From: Klebsormidium nitens
Taxonomy: Eukaryota > Plantae > Klebsormidiophyceae
Length of the DNA stretch: 34,590 nt
Direction of reading: 5' to 3'
Assembly: GCA_000708835.1 (NCBI GenBank)
Contig: DF237721.1
Coordinates: 1-34,590, forward strand
Shown here: piece after piece, positions 1-12,314 of the stretch
Layout of the letters: the number at the start of each line of letters is the position of its first letter
Numbering within the stretch: the stretch's first letter is position 1
Notes under the pieces: model-generated
Told to the model about the DNA's origin: nothing
What the model saw: only the letters and a program-made list of their open reading frames with translations
Databases searched by the model: none
Translations under genes and position numbers: made by a program

Positions 1-1268
1 GGGCCACCAAACCTGTGCAAATCTGTGCATGCAGATCCTGTCAAAGACTCCCCATGATTTTTGCAGCGTACGCCCGTGTGGCCATGGCCAGACATGACCG
101 ATTGTACGCGCATGCCCACATACTATCCGCCATGAGCTGGAGAAAGGCCACGCAATGTGCAGGATGCAGTGCCCCGGTCCCCTTGAAATCAGCAGAAGCC
201 CAAGAAATATGCTTCGGGCCCGGAGCTAGGAGTCCCGGGAGTCTCCAAGGAGGAGCCCCTGCACAAGGATCGCGGAGCTCAAAGCGCAGCTGATTAAGCC
301 AAACATGCATGCACACATGGGCAAACATATCCAAAACTTGCAGTATGTCTGTGAGAATTGCGAGCATATATTCATTAAGTATGGCTTACAAGCAACTTAA
401 GCAATGTATGGTATATTTTGAACTTATCAAGCGCACGGAAAATGAAGAAACTGCTAGGCGAAAAACCGATGCTGTATCATATATTGACACTAGAAAAGAA
501 CATTGAGATTCACTACAGACTTCCGGAAAACCCGGCATATTCATTCTATTGCTGATTTGGCGCGGAAAGTCCTCATGAATCGGTTGTGGGCCGCCAGAGA
601 CCAACATACGTTCTGTTCCGGCAGCACATCGCATTCGTTCAACAAGTCTCCATGCCAACCATTTGTAAGCAAACGATGTAAGCTGGGAACTGTCGACACC
701 TATGTCTTCAAGCGAGATGCTGTATTCTCTTAGCAGCAGCTAAGAGTAAAGCCGGCCTGATTTGACCCTGGCCGTTCAAGAAGCTAAAAGAAGCTAAATG
801 CTAGACTCTGCAGGAACAAGAACAGGTTCTTGGTTTGAAGCACCAAGGCCTTTGATCTGAGCAGTTCACTTTTGCTGAACCATTTTATTTCCAATCTGTA
901 TGCCGTCTTTGGTTTGTCCCGCTCTGACTGTTGGCCGTTCCAAATTAGAAGTTTAATGGTATACAAAGCCTGCGAAGGACTTCCTTCGGGTGCCCCAATG
1001 TTGCAGACAGGTAGCCAATCCCTATGACGAGCCTTGGAAGAGGCAACCTAAGATTTTTAAGATTCCGCGCACATCCACCGTCCTCTTCACCTCTGCGCAG
1101 TCCTGCTAGTAGCCAGTCTAATTCTAGTACGGACGCTTTGTCTCGGGCTTCTCAAGGAGCCCAGCCGTTATTAGCCATCACACGTCCCCAAAACGGGGAG
1201 TTTTATTCGGACCCAAAAGTGGGCCTACTATCAGTCAGTCTTTTGAGAAACATTCCACAGCTCCACTC

Positions 1269-4200
1269 TCAAGCACAGTGCATCCACACCCCGACCGTGT
1301 TGCTGAAGCATCCCCCACCCTGAGAGAGCGCCACGTCCGCAATCGCCTCCCTCACGCTCTGGTCCCAACAGCGCGCCATCGCCCCGACCGACACCGCACC
1401 ACCCCCGAGGCGCCGCACTGCCGTCGAAAAGTTCTCCCGCGCCGCCGTTGCAAACGGGAGACTGAACCCGGGGGCAGAGTAGTCGTGCCAGACAGACGGC
1501 GACACCGTAGGGTAACTAGGGGGGACCAAGAGCCTTAGCGCAGAGGGGCTGACGCTACCCCCGTTGTATGTACACAGCACCGCAGTGCCCTTTCGCCCCT
1601 CCGCTTGCGCTTCTCTCGTTCCGTCCACGGAGATCTCGACTCGCGTGTCAACCAAGAACCGGTTCACGTCCTCAACCTCGCCCTCAAGAGCTGACTGCGC
1701 CCCAAAGCGTGCGCGCTTCGCTCCTAGAGACCCGGCCTCATCGCCCGAGTGCTCAAAATCGACGCAACTATGCGCGTCGCTCACCGAACTCCCTGCATCG
1801 AAGTCGGAACCGTCAATGCCAATCGAAAGCACCGACTGCTTGCCCCGGGCGCGCTTCGCCCCAGCCACGACCCCCGGTTTTGCCGCGAGCCGCGCGCGCG
1901 TGTTCGCGACCAGGTTCTCCGGCTTCGCGCTTTTTGAATCTGTCCCGCGGGGCACGAGCGCGTACTGGTTCGTGAGTTGCACCAACTGGTCGATGTCAGA
2001 GGCGGCTTGGTCGAGCGTGCTCTGACTCTGGGAGGATTGGGAGAGGAGCCAAACTTTCTTGGCAAGGGCCTTGAGGGGGTTGTCTTTGACGGAGGCTGCC
2101 GGGGGCGATGACACCTGGCCGCGCAGGGCTGCGATCGGCAGGTCTTCGTCGTCGACATCGGCGATGGCTGGGGACGCCGCGGCGCCTGCAGCAGACCCAG
2201 GGGTGGTCAGACGCTTCGGGTTACCTTTACTTGATTAAGACTTTAAGGCCCAGACTTATCAACGGGCCTGCCTGCTCAGAAACCTGAGGAATCAACAAGG
2301 GCCTTGAGAAGGAGTGGGTGCAACTCAATGCAGCCTTGTTAGAGTTTTTTCTAAGTTAACCCAACTTGGTGACAGGACCGCCAGGAGCAGGAGGATCTAG
2401 ATGTGGCAAAGAACCAAAGCTGGTTGATGGGAGATCCCCTTGCACAAGGGCGTGGTTGGAGACGGGCTGACTAACGTCCAAGATCTTTGAGCGCCAAAAA
2501 TAAAGGAGTATTCCTCTCGTAGCGAAGTACTGCTGTACCGCCAAACCGGAACCGACTCCGCCTTAAGAGATTATCAAGTAAGGCATCATGTCGTACAGAA
2601 AAGCTGTGATGTAACATGGCCAAATGCCCACCTTTTGACGACCCCTGGTTATTGAGCTTGGGCCCACCAGGAAGGGGGGGCTTCCCGTCGGACCCGGTAA
2701 ACCGGGGGGATGTGGGCCCTGCCACCGACCCCCCTGGGCTGGTCAACACGCTGCCCCCCGAAGCCGACATTTGCTTTCCAGGCGCTGCTGGGGGCAGGGC
2801 ACTTTGGAACGGGGGGGTCGGCGCCTTGAAGTTGTCGGGACTGAAGGGCTTGTAAGCCTCGACTGGGGACGGCGCTCGGAAGGCNNNNNNNNNNNNNNNN
2901 NNNNNNNNNNNNNNNNNNNNNNNNNNNNNNNNNNNNNNNNNNNNNNNNNNNNNNNNNNNNNNNNNNNNNNNNNNNNNNNNNNNNNNNNNNNNNNNNNNNN
3001 NNNNNNNNNNNNNNNNNNNNNNNNNNNNNNNNNNNNNNNNNNNNNNNNNNNNNNNNNNNNNNNNNNNNNNNNNNNNNNNNNNNNNNNNNNNNNNNNNNNN
3101 NNNNNNNNNNNNNNNNNNNNNNNNNNNNNNNNNNNNNNNNNNNNNNNNNNNNNNNNNNNNNNNNNNNNNNNNNNNNNNNNNNNNNNNNNNNNNNNNNNNN
3201 NNNNNNNNNNNNNNNNNNNNGGGGGGAGTCTGGGCTGGCATCGGCGAGGGGGAGAAGTTGTCGAACTTGACGGGGGGAGCAGGGGCGGACGGCTGTGGGG
3301 GGGTAGGGGGAGGCAGTGATCCAGCCTGCAAAGAAACACTTAGCGTTGGAACTCCCACAGACTACTCTTCTGAAGGGAGAGCCATCCTGCAGCAATTGAA
3401 CATAACAGAGAACTATCTGAACGTTGAGGATTCCCCAGACGGGACACTGACCAACTTTCGGAGCAAGATCACGGCGACAGCGGGACAGAAGAAAAGAAGA
3501 TGCCTTCTTCCGCTCTTATCGACATGAGGCCTCCATTCCCTTGCTCGCAAAAACAAACACGCAAACCACGAACGTTCGAGCAACCTTCACGATCCCGAGG
3601 AGAAAGTGTTGGGGTTAAATTTCGACGTCGAGGGAGTGTTCGCCTCACGCTTGCTTGCTGCGCCATGCGTGCCTGGAGCTTCTTAACCTCGAAGCTGACC
3701 CGCTCCTTCAGCTCCTTGCTCTGTTGGACCTTTGCCAGAAGATCCGCCACGCTCATGTTCGCTCGCACAGCGAAGGCGCTCAACACTTGCTGCAAAAGCA
3801 GACAGCGACGGGTGATGTCAGCAACGAGGGGTGGATTGCTCTACTGGCTATGTCCTTTTATCGCAATTGACACTCGCAGAGTATCGGAAACTTTATAGCT
3901 TGATTGCATCGCAAGAGCAGTTGGCAAGGCTCTCACTGTTCAGCTCCAAAAGTAGAGAAAGAAGTGGTCCCTATTACATCTATGACCGGCCAGCGAATCG
4001 AAAGCTGCTCGACTAGTTCCCATCCAACTTCCCAGAACTTTTTACCTCGTAAGAACCAAACGCCCGGACCCCAAAATTCCCAGACTTCCAGAAAAGTTTA
4101 CATCCAAAGCTTTTCCAATCCCTGAGACCCCAAAGCTCAAAGCTACCACCATCCCAAACCCTGTCTAACAGGAGACTTCCAAACCAATCCACGTTTCCAG

Positions 4201-7200
4201 GGGCCATTGACTCACGTCCAAGAGCTTTGACTGGGCCGCTTTGGCCGCCGCCACGTTGCCCTGCTGCTGCGGCAGTGGCTGCTGTGCGGCAGCCTGCTGC
4301 GCCTGCTTGAGCGCCGCCTGCTGGGCTCGCTGCTGGGCCTGCGCCTGCTGCTGCGCCTGTTGCTTCAGCAGCTGTTCTTGCTGCTGCTGCTGCCGGATGC
4401 GCAGAATCTCCTGCTCCTTCTTCTGGCGCTCTTGGAGAGCCGCCGCCTGCGCCTGGACGAGCGCGTCGCGCTCCTGCTGAGCCTGGAAAAAGGGGTTGAG
4501 TTTAAGGCTCGAGCTTGGGGAGTCGCGGTTGTAATAGGTTTGAACTTTACGGTGTTGAGCTTTTAAAGGTTGCATTTATAAGGTCTGCGACTTCCGCTTT
4601 GGCGTTTTTAACACCTTTTGGCTCGTCAAAATCTGGAGACATTTTGCGTGGCAGTCTGCAGATACAGAACGTCGGAAAATGGATACGAAAGCAACCATAG
4701 AGCCAGGTAGTTGTTTGCTGCCCAAAAAGAGGCCTCGTGCTCAGCTCAATCTGAGAAGATGGTGATTTCTTACGCACGTTTGAACCAGCTTAGAGAGGCA
4801 AGCCGTAAAAGCTATGAAGAGGATGAAAACTGGCTGCCAGAGGTAGCAGGAGCGGGATGCCAAGCAGAGAGGTGTTTATGGGATTGGGGAGGGGTGTCAA
4901 AGCAAGAGAAGGAATCATGCTGTGCCACTTATAAGAGGAAAGATGAAAAGAGAAAGTCCGTTTCAAAGTCTTCTTGTCGGGCAGACTCGAGTAGGCCTGG
5001 CTTCAGGGTTGAGGAAGTAGTCAGTTAGGCCGCTAGGAATCCGCTCTGAAACAGAAAGGTGTAGGATATTGCGATTAAAAAATTAAAAAAAGGAAATGAA
5101 GGGTAGCTGTTTGCGCTCGACGAATCTTCGAATAGGAATGTCGGGCGACCGGACGCAACGGAGAATCGAGTAAAAGCGATGCTGCCATGCAAGCCCACCT
5201 TTTTGGCGGGGTCCACCACCGGCACCCTCGACTTCATCTGCTGCCACGTGTTGAGCAACTGCATCATCTGCTGCTCAAAATGGCCAAGCCCCTTGGGAAA
5301 GTTGCGCTGCATCGCAACTGCTTGATTTCGATCCGCTGCCTTGAGCGCCATGATGATCCGGTCGGCAAACGCCTCGAGCTTCTTCAGGCTCCTCTCCTGC
5401 TCGACTTTGCCTTGCCCGGTGATTGCCGCCAGTTGGGCGTTTAGCTCCCCACGGACTTTAGTCAGAGGCTCCAGATACTTGGCCTTCAGTTGCTGGAGAA
5501 AGGGAGATAAAAGGTTTCAGGTGGGTAGGTAATAAGCAGCTTCTGGACAAGTGCCTGAAAATCAAACGGAGGAGCGACCGATTTGACGAGGCTCTGATGG
5601 TTGCTTCAGTCACGACGAGGTACTAGTCGATGAAAAGCAAGACCACCGAGAGGTTAATGCAAGGCCAGGTTGAGTCAAAAAAGCAATACGGGGAAGTTCA
5701 ATATGAGTGACACCTGGTTCTCGAAAACAAGACATCGCCTTATCTGGATACTTCACTCTTTATATGCAAAGAGATCAGCATGACATGCTAGATCAGTAGG
5801 CATAGTATGCAAGTTCCACAGGGGTTGAGTTCCGGTCAGTGAAAGTCATACTGAAGGGGCCATACCTGCAGGCTCTGCCAAAGCTGCTCCACATCCATGC
5901 CTGGCGCCGCTGCCGCCGGAACCCCCGGCCTTGCCTGGTTGCCCTGCACCGGCACTTGCCCTCCCTGCTGCATCTGATTCTGCTGCTGCCGCTTCAAATG
6001 CTGCAATTGCTGCTGCTGCAAGTACAACTGGTGCTGCTGCTGCTGCTGCTGGGGGGTCAGCATCTGGGGGTTTCCGCCCCCCTGGAGCGCAAACTGCTGC
6101 TGGAACTGCTGGTTTGCCTTCTGCTGCCCCCCCTGGGTCGCCCGCTGCATCAGCTCCCGGTTGCGCATCTCCATCCAGGCCTGCGTCTGCTGGGGGGTCA
6201 TGTTCGCTGGCACTTGCTGGGGGGGGAGCTGCTGCCGTTGGGACTGCTGCCTGTTCACACTCTGTTGGTACGCATTGTAGTTCTCCTGCCGACTCTGCTC
6301 GGGGTTCAGACCAAAGCTCCCGGGGGGTGCACCCCCCATGCCGAGCGCAGTGATGGGGACCCCCCCGGCGGGTCCCATCGGGAGCGTGCTTGCCGCTCCC
6401 CCCTGGTTTGGCTGCGCGCTGAACCCCCTGGAGTAGCCCACGGGAAGACCAGGGGAGCCGCTGTAAAGAGACGGTGAGCCGCTACGGAGGCCAGGCTGCC
6501 CGTTCTGTTGGTTGAGCATCTGCGCGCCCCCCCCAAGCTGGCTCACAGGCATGTGACCGGGGGGAATGTGCAGGGGGGGGTTCTGACCCATCTGTTGCTG
6601 GGCCCCCGGCACGCTCATTTTGGCCGAGACCTTGGCCAGCTTGGTGGCAATCTTTTGGAGGTACTTGTCCTGCAAAGAAAGCCGTGTCCTGACTAAGCAA
6701 CAGGAATGCCTTTCCAAGTGAGCCGCTGGAAGGAGAAGACATCCACCCAAAGAGAGTCAACCCATCGAGAACCCTTGGGAATAGAACTAAGGCCAACTAG
6801 GCAACACGAAAAGTGATTCATCCATGAGATAAGGAACAAAGGAGGTTGAATCTACGGAGAAGCTCGCTTGAGTATCCATCTCATTTTGCAGGGGCCGTAC
6901 GCTTGTAGAAGCCCTCAGAAATGACATCGTTCTGATGCATGGCAGAAGTATCCTTTCTGATTCGACGAGATTGCTGTGCAAAGGAGCAAGAAGCTCTCAT
7001 CCGCTTTCGGCAGAGCAAACCAAGAATTATCCAATTTGTGTGCTGGTAAGGAGCAGTCAGCTCACAGGGACCTTTTCAAAGAGAATGAGACGGCTGTAAT
7101 AACGGCATTCCATCTGCTCAAAAAGTTGCGGCCCCATCCGAGGAGGGCTGCACTTGCGGGTGTGGCGATAGGAAAGGGACACTGCCAAGATTTGTCAGCT

Positions 7201-8610
7201 TTGCACAGCTCAGCCTTCGCAATCAAAAGCTCTGAAACCCAGGCACTGACACCTGCTCAAAAGTCCGCAATAGCTGGGGTCAGACAAACGACCAATGCTT
7301 CGAGCTGTATTCTTTGACGCCGATATAGGACAGCAATGTTAGTGTCCTCTGGAATAAATTGCGAGAAACATGCCAAAGCTTCCCGTGCGAGCATGATGGA
7401 CTAAAACCTTACGGAGCTCTCCGCAGATTGGAACACCGCCTCCTCAAACTTGGTCGCCATCTCTGTAAGGGATTGCATAGAGTCGCTCCCATTGGCAAGG
7501 TTGCTCTGCTTCAACACCCCCAATCTGCAGATCAACAAACAAACAATTTTAACACCGCATAGGACATCTTCATTCTGCCAGATAATCCTGATCAAAGAAG
7601 GAGCTTGTCAAAGTGTAGCATTCTATTACGTCTACATTACAATCACAGGAACTGCTTTTAGAAGGTCAAGCAGAACAGCTTTTCCAGATTGCTGCAAAGT
7701 TCCAATCTCGTTGCTTGTCGATGGAGCTTGGTTTGGACAAAGATGCAAATGATGAAAACGCACACTGTAATTGCCCTGTCCCACAGTGTGTAGCCAAACA
7801 ATGCAGAAAGTCAACTGTCCTAAACAAAGCTTAACAAAAGAGAGGATGCAGTAAGCCAGACTAGGGACATGCATCCTTACATCTGCAACATCCTGTCCGT
7901 ATATCCAATAGTGACCGTTATTACGATGTACAAGCTTCAATTTGTAAGGAAGATGGGCAGCAGGCATAGAGACGCTCTACACTTTGAGCCCTCCTCTATG
8001 CGAAATCATTGAATGTGGACTTCGATTCCGTCAAAGCTGTGGAGGTGTCGCCCATTTAACACTGGCGCCGCAGCAAAACTGCCGATTGAGTCACATCAAG
8101 TTCCATCGCAGTCACATCGTCCAATTTGAGCCCGCGAACAAAAACTGGTAACACACCTCAGGAAAGATACTGCAAAGCATCGCTCTAGGTGCTGTCTTTT
8201 GAAAGGTTTCGATCATCAGCTCCTCTCTTGCAATGTGAGGCTTCTTTAGCCTGAACAACCCCTTTCAGTCCGAGATGACAGGGTTCTGACATGCAACATA
8301 TCCTATCACGCCACAGATTTTCTAAGATCAAAACAAGGCGGCGTCGGACACATGGAGGAGAGGGTTGTCCATTTCAAAGCAGACTTGCCGAACTCAGAGC
8401 CTTTGCCTCCACAATCTGCTGACTGCTAGGTCGCCCTGCTTGTCCCTCACTGTCCTGACCTCCAAAAGCAAATAGGAGAATAGCGGTTGATAAACCTTCC
8501 ACCTCAGACCAAGTGAAAAGGAGAAGGACTTGAAACCAGGTCACTCACATTTTGTGAATGTTGTCCTGCCGCCTGGAGGCATCCCATTGCCGCTGCCAGG
8601 ACCTGTCCAT
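1269..8610 (-). CDS. MED15: Mediator of RNA polymerase II transcription subunit 15a-like (KIX domain, Q-rich linker, plant MED15a C-terminus). Exons: 8610-8549, 7524-7413, 6669-5866, 5492-5199, 4482-4216, 3789-3649, 3325-2632, 2185-1269
   Basis: The spliced N-terminus MDRSWQRQWDASRRQDNIHKILGVLKQ...EMATKFEEAVFQSAESSDKYLQKIATKL matches the plant MED15a KIX pattern (W..., ..FEEK.F..A....DYL.KI..K). It has poly-Q tracts and a helical QLKAKYLEPL...FEQQMMQLLN block. The C-terminus MARCWDQSVREAIADVALSQGGGCFSNTVGVW matches the plant MED15a end (W....R..I...A...GGG.FS...G.W). All introns are GT-AG and phases are consistent (3291 nt including the N gap). Confidence 0.88.
2885..3220. other. Assembly gap (336 N) inside MED15 exon 7
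   Basis: Run of N flanked by G-run-rich sequence that encodes Pro-rich peptides on the minus strand. Confidence 0.99.
4258..4392 (-). repeat. Imperfect CAG/GCN trinucleotide tract encoding poly-Q/A in MED15 exon 5
   Basis: ctg-rich on the plus strand; translates as RQQQQQEQLLKQQAQQQAQAQQRAQQAALKQAQQAAAQQ. Confidence 0.9.
5998..6052 (-). repeat. CAG tract encoding poly-Q in MED15 exon 3
   Basis: gctgctgctgctgctgctg on the plus strand; translates as PQQQQQQHQLYLQQQQLQH. Confidence 0.9.
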
Positions 8611-9000
8611 TGTGCCTCACTCCAAAGCCCCACTTACCCAAGGAACTTTGGTGCCTGCTAGAAGGATGCCATTGCCAACCCAGAAACCTGATAGTGCAAC
8701 CGGAAGCTTTTTGCGTCCTCAACTAAGAAGCTGACGGAAGTCCAACATCCGCCAGGGGAATGCTCACAGAGATGCAGCACCCGCTTCCTGCTTACTTACA
8801 CGTGCTCATCTGAAGCATTACTCCAGATTAACCAGTTGGCGACCATTCTACAGGGCTAGGTAATCCATGTCTTCAAAAACCGAAGTATGTAGTCCTTCAA
8901 AGGAGGCCGCCAGCATGCGCCATCCCTCACTTTTGCGGGTTGAATTGGACGCCCTTTTCGCGATCTTTTCCAGGCCTCACCCAACTTGAAGTTGAACACC

Positions 9001-9090
9001 CCGGCCCAATCGTGTGGCGCGAAAGGTAGAGTCTAAATATTTTTAGGGGGGCTTTGGTAAACCAGTCGATGATAGATCAGGCCCATCGGA
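9001..9090 (-). promoter_or_regulatory. Putative MED15 promoter with two site II-like TGGGCC motifs
   Basis: GGCCCA at 9003-9008 and again near 9080-9086, about 400-480 nt upstream of the inferred ATG. Site II (TGGGCY) is a common plant housekeeping-promoter motif. The TSS is not observable. Confidence 0.3.
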
Positions 9091-10525
9091 GGGCTGTATC
9101 TGTATGAGACGACAGCCAATCCAGCACAAACGGTGTAGATGAAGCATATCAACATATGGGCAGCATCGACGGTATGTATTCTTTGGATTCTCAGCTTTAT
9201 ACAACTAGGATGGGACGTTTTCTGCATTATACTAACAAGCCAGGGCTCCACATGCAGGTCCTTCATCGGACGGGTTTAAGATGACTTTAAAACTCTTGAC
9301 GGCTCACAATATGTAGCTTTTAAACATCTATAGATATTCGTGAGTGTTTCAGGACTGCATGCCAGGTCAGATCGAGTCAGGGCTGACACGGGCAGCCAAC
9401 TTTCGAACCCTGCTGCAGGCTCCGCACAACTTTTGCCATTGGTGGTGGCTTGAAAGAATGCACAGCTCCTCATCAGCAGGACATTTTGCTGGGGAACTTT
9501 CTGTAATCTGTCATCTTTGAGGCAGCCATAGGTCCTACTCAAAGCCCTGAGCTTCCTACCCACTTTGTGTCCTCCTTTCAGAGATTGTGCCCTCCTGTTT
9601 CGGGTGGTTAGCTGGTGGTGAAAAGTCCGTAAGTCACAATCTGCATCATGCTGAGATTTGGTTTCACCTTTGGGTAAGGCTCTAGCCATGTTGCTTGTTT
9701 GATCGGGAGCAGTGGGCTTAAAGGTAGTGCCGTCGACCCATCAGGCTTAGTGCACCGATGTCCTCGTCTTGGGCTCGTTGTGCGAGAAAGCTGCATTGGA
9801 CCACGCAATCTGGTGACTATGGAGCTTCTAGAAACCCAAGGTGAGGACTTTGTTGCTTCCCATGCGTTTGTCACTACTGAAGAAAGTTAGACCATGTCAA
9901 GAGAAGTCAGAGTGTACTCATGGCAAACATCTCATGCTTAAAATGGGAATTTCAGAGCTTGACCCTTCTTCTTTGGTGTTGCTGAGCTTACTGTTCATAA
10001 GGATAGAACAGTTGCTGTTTGTCCTTTCAAAGGCTGCAAATTTCATTATTTGAAATGATCACATAAACTTCAGCACTTCATTTGCAGCTTTTAGCTGAAC
10101 GACTACATTATGCTGACTCCTAGAGTAGGCAGACGTTTTTAAAGATTCAGGAATATCAAGGCTCAGCTCATGTTTGACGTGAGCACACATGTAAGGCGGT
10201 CTTGAGGAAAAAAGAGCTGCTAGAGCTTTGCGGCCGCGCAATCAACAAATTCTGCACCTTCCTGTGCAGCCCTTCAGCATCTACAAAATTGAGAATCAAA
10301 ACGACGGGGAGATGCATCTGCCAACGACAACGTTTAGTAACACCTACCCAGTCCTTAAACACCCAAAACCTGCTCAGACACATCGTATCGTTCCCCTCGC
10401 TGCTATTATGGCCGATTCAAACGGCCTCCAACAGAATACATACACACAAACAGCCCCCCACCCTGGCAAAAGTAAGCCCCCCGCCAGTCCCCCATATCCA
10501 CAGCAGTAACGGAAGAAACCCCACA

Positions 10526-10795
10526 ATGTCAGCAACTGACCAAGCGCCTAACCTAGAAAATGCGCACCCCTTAGTGAGCCATAAGGCGATGCAAGAGGCC
10601 ATTGCGCACGCCGCTATTCCTCTTCCTCCCAGAAAGAAAAGAGCCCAGGCAGGGGATCCAGCAGACCCGCCGGCGGGATTCATTCTGAACGAGAGAGGGG
10701 GGCTCGTAAAAGTAGAAGAGGCAGAGAGAGCCACTATCCTGGTGAGAATGTTGACCTTTGAAAGTCTGGGAAGTTATGATCAATCTGCCGCATAG
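10526..10795 (+). CDS. Orphan ORF, 89 aa, or first exon/remnant of an unknown gene (MSATDQAPNLENAHPLVSHKAMQEAIAHAAIPLPPRKKRAQ...)
   Basis: ATG after an A/C-rich leader, protein-like composition, a basic PPRKKR motif and a possible GTGAGA donor at 10741. No family recognised and no convincing downstream exon found. Confidence 0.3.
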   Translation: MSATDQAPNLENAHPLVSHKAMQEAIAHAAIPLPPRKKRAQAGDPADPPAGFILNERGGLVKVEEAERATILVRMLTFESLGSYDQSAA

Positions 10796-11303
10796 TCATC
10801 GGCATCTTTTGGCAGAACAGGCATCTCATTGTTGCGAACGTGCATACAAGGTCTCCTTTGTTTCACCGCTCCCCTGCTGGCTTCCGGCGGCTTCTCAGAA
10901 AAAACAAGACCTTTTGTGTGTTGCACACTGGCAGCTGTATTCACTCACTCTCAGTCTGGGACGCAAGTCCCTGCTTTATCATACTTGGTCCATAAAAACA
11001 GTTGACTGTGCGCGTGCAGAGAGATCCTGAGTCGGGCCGCAACTTAGAGTGTATAGTTAGGAGGCGGATCAAGAGTAGGCAGGGCCGGGAGTACCTTCTG
11101 CTTTTGGCAATGGACACGTAAGTGTGTCGGCTCTCTTTTATTGCAGAGTCCAACAGAGGGGCTTCTGATCAATCATGTGACTGCACCATCAATTGACTCC
11201 AAAAAGGAATTTGCCTTGTTCTTGGAAGGGTCGATCCTGTGTTTGCAGCTGGAGAATTCCAAGTGATGTCCTGCCGGCAGTTCAATTGTCATTTTCCATC
11301 CAG

Positions 11304-11351
11304 ATTTGGGAGATGTGCCATTCAAACATTTGGGAGATGTGCCTTTCAAAC
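11304..11351. repeat. 24-bp tandem duplication
   Basis: atttgggagatgtgccattcaaac / atttgggagatgtgcctttcaaac (23/24 identical), followed by a decayed third start (attttgaagat). Confidence 0.9.
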
Positions 11352-12314
11352 ATTTTGAAGATTGGTTTAAGGTTGGGATGTACTGGTGCAACCTTTTCAT
11401 TGCCTCGGTCTAGTGTCTCGCTGTCCAAAATTTAGCGCCTGTTACGACATCTTTTTTTATGTTATTTTTCCCTGTGAGTTGCTTTTCCTTCTTCAATCAG
11501 AACGAACTATAGCAACCATAGAAGCCATCAATCAGAACGTGGCGCGTTTCGGGAGATGATTCTCTTGGACAGAACGAAGTGGAATCTTCTTTCCTCGCAG
11601 GCCCATCGAAGTTTTGTTAGCGGACCACTCTAGTCAGACCTACAAAGAGGTAAGTGCCTCAAATCCACAGAAGCTGCGCTTCACGACGGTCAAGATCGTT
11701 AGAAAGAAGCTCACGAGATGCTGATACTTGGACGGAAACGTCAATTCGACAAGAACAGAGCCCCATGTCTGCAATTTCAACCAACATGGCATTGATCCCG
11801 AAAGAGAAACAATAGGGTATGCCAAGGCGATGTCGTAATTCTCTATGATAAGAATATACGGAAGGCCCTCACAAGAGATGGGAGGCAGATGTGCAGTCTG
11901 GTGTTCTGCTCCGCAGATTAGCGATGAAGACGTTGTCAAACTACTGCCGCATGCCACATTTGCACTAGCGAAGAGAAAGCTGCACCTAGTCCAGAGCGGG
12001 TGAGCCAATGGATCGTCAGCACCAAAATCAAGCGTTAGATTTGGAGCCTTCGCTGCTGATTTTTCACTGATCATTGTCAGCCCCGAAAGTTCAAGGGTAT
12101 CGTTGCTTCGCTCTTATGACATAAGCCGTCTTCCTGGTCAGAAAGTCCAGTCCCTTGACCGATAGGGATGACATACCGTGATGTGGATTCTGCAACTTTG
12201 GTTTCTGAATTCAAAGACCACAAAGAACGCTCTTCTGCTTGGGATCGAGTAATCATTATACTGGAATCTTCTGTCCGTCACTTGGAGGACATGGCCAATC
12301 CACTGGCCGACTGT

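Noticed and set aside
1278-2158. Several overlapping ORFs on both strands
   Set aside because: GC-rich shadows of the MED15 last exon; only the 1269-2185 minus frame matches a known family.
4030-4200. Loose CCAAA(G)C-rich periodicity in MED15 intron 5
   Set aside because: No consistent unit; looks like low-complexity strand bias.
4241-4480. Cys-rich plus-strand ORF (CCCGSGCCAAACC...) resembling a metallothionein
   Set aside because: It is the antisense shadow of the CAG/poly-Q exon 5 of MED15 (TGC from ctg repeats).
5839-6477. Long Leu-rich plus-strand ORF (212 aa) and overlapping Ala-rich ORF
   Set aside because: Antisense reading of the Q/G/P-rich MED15 exon 3.
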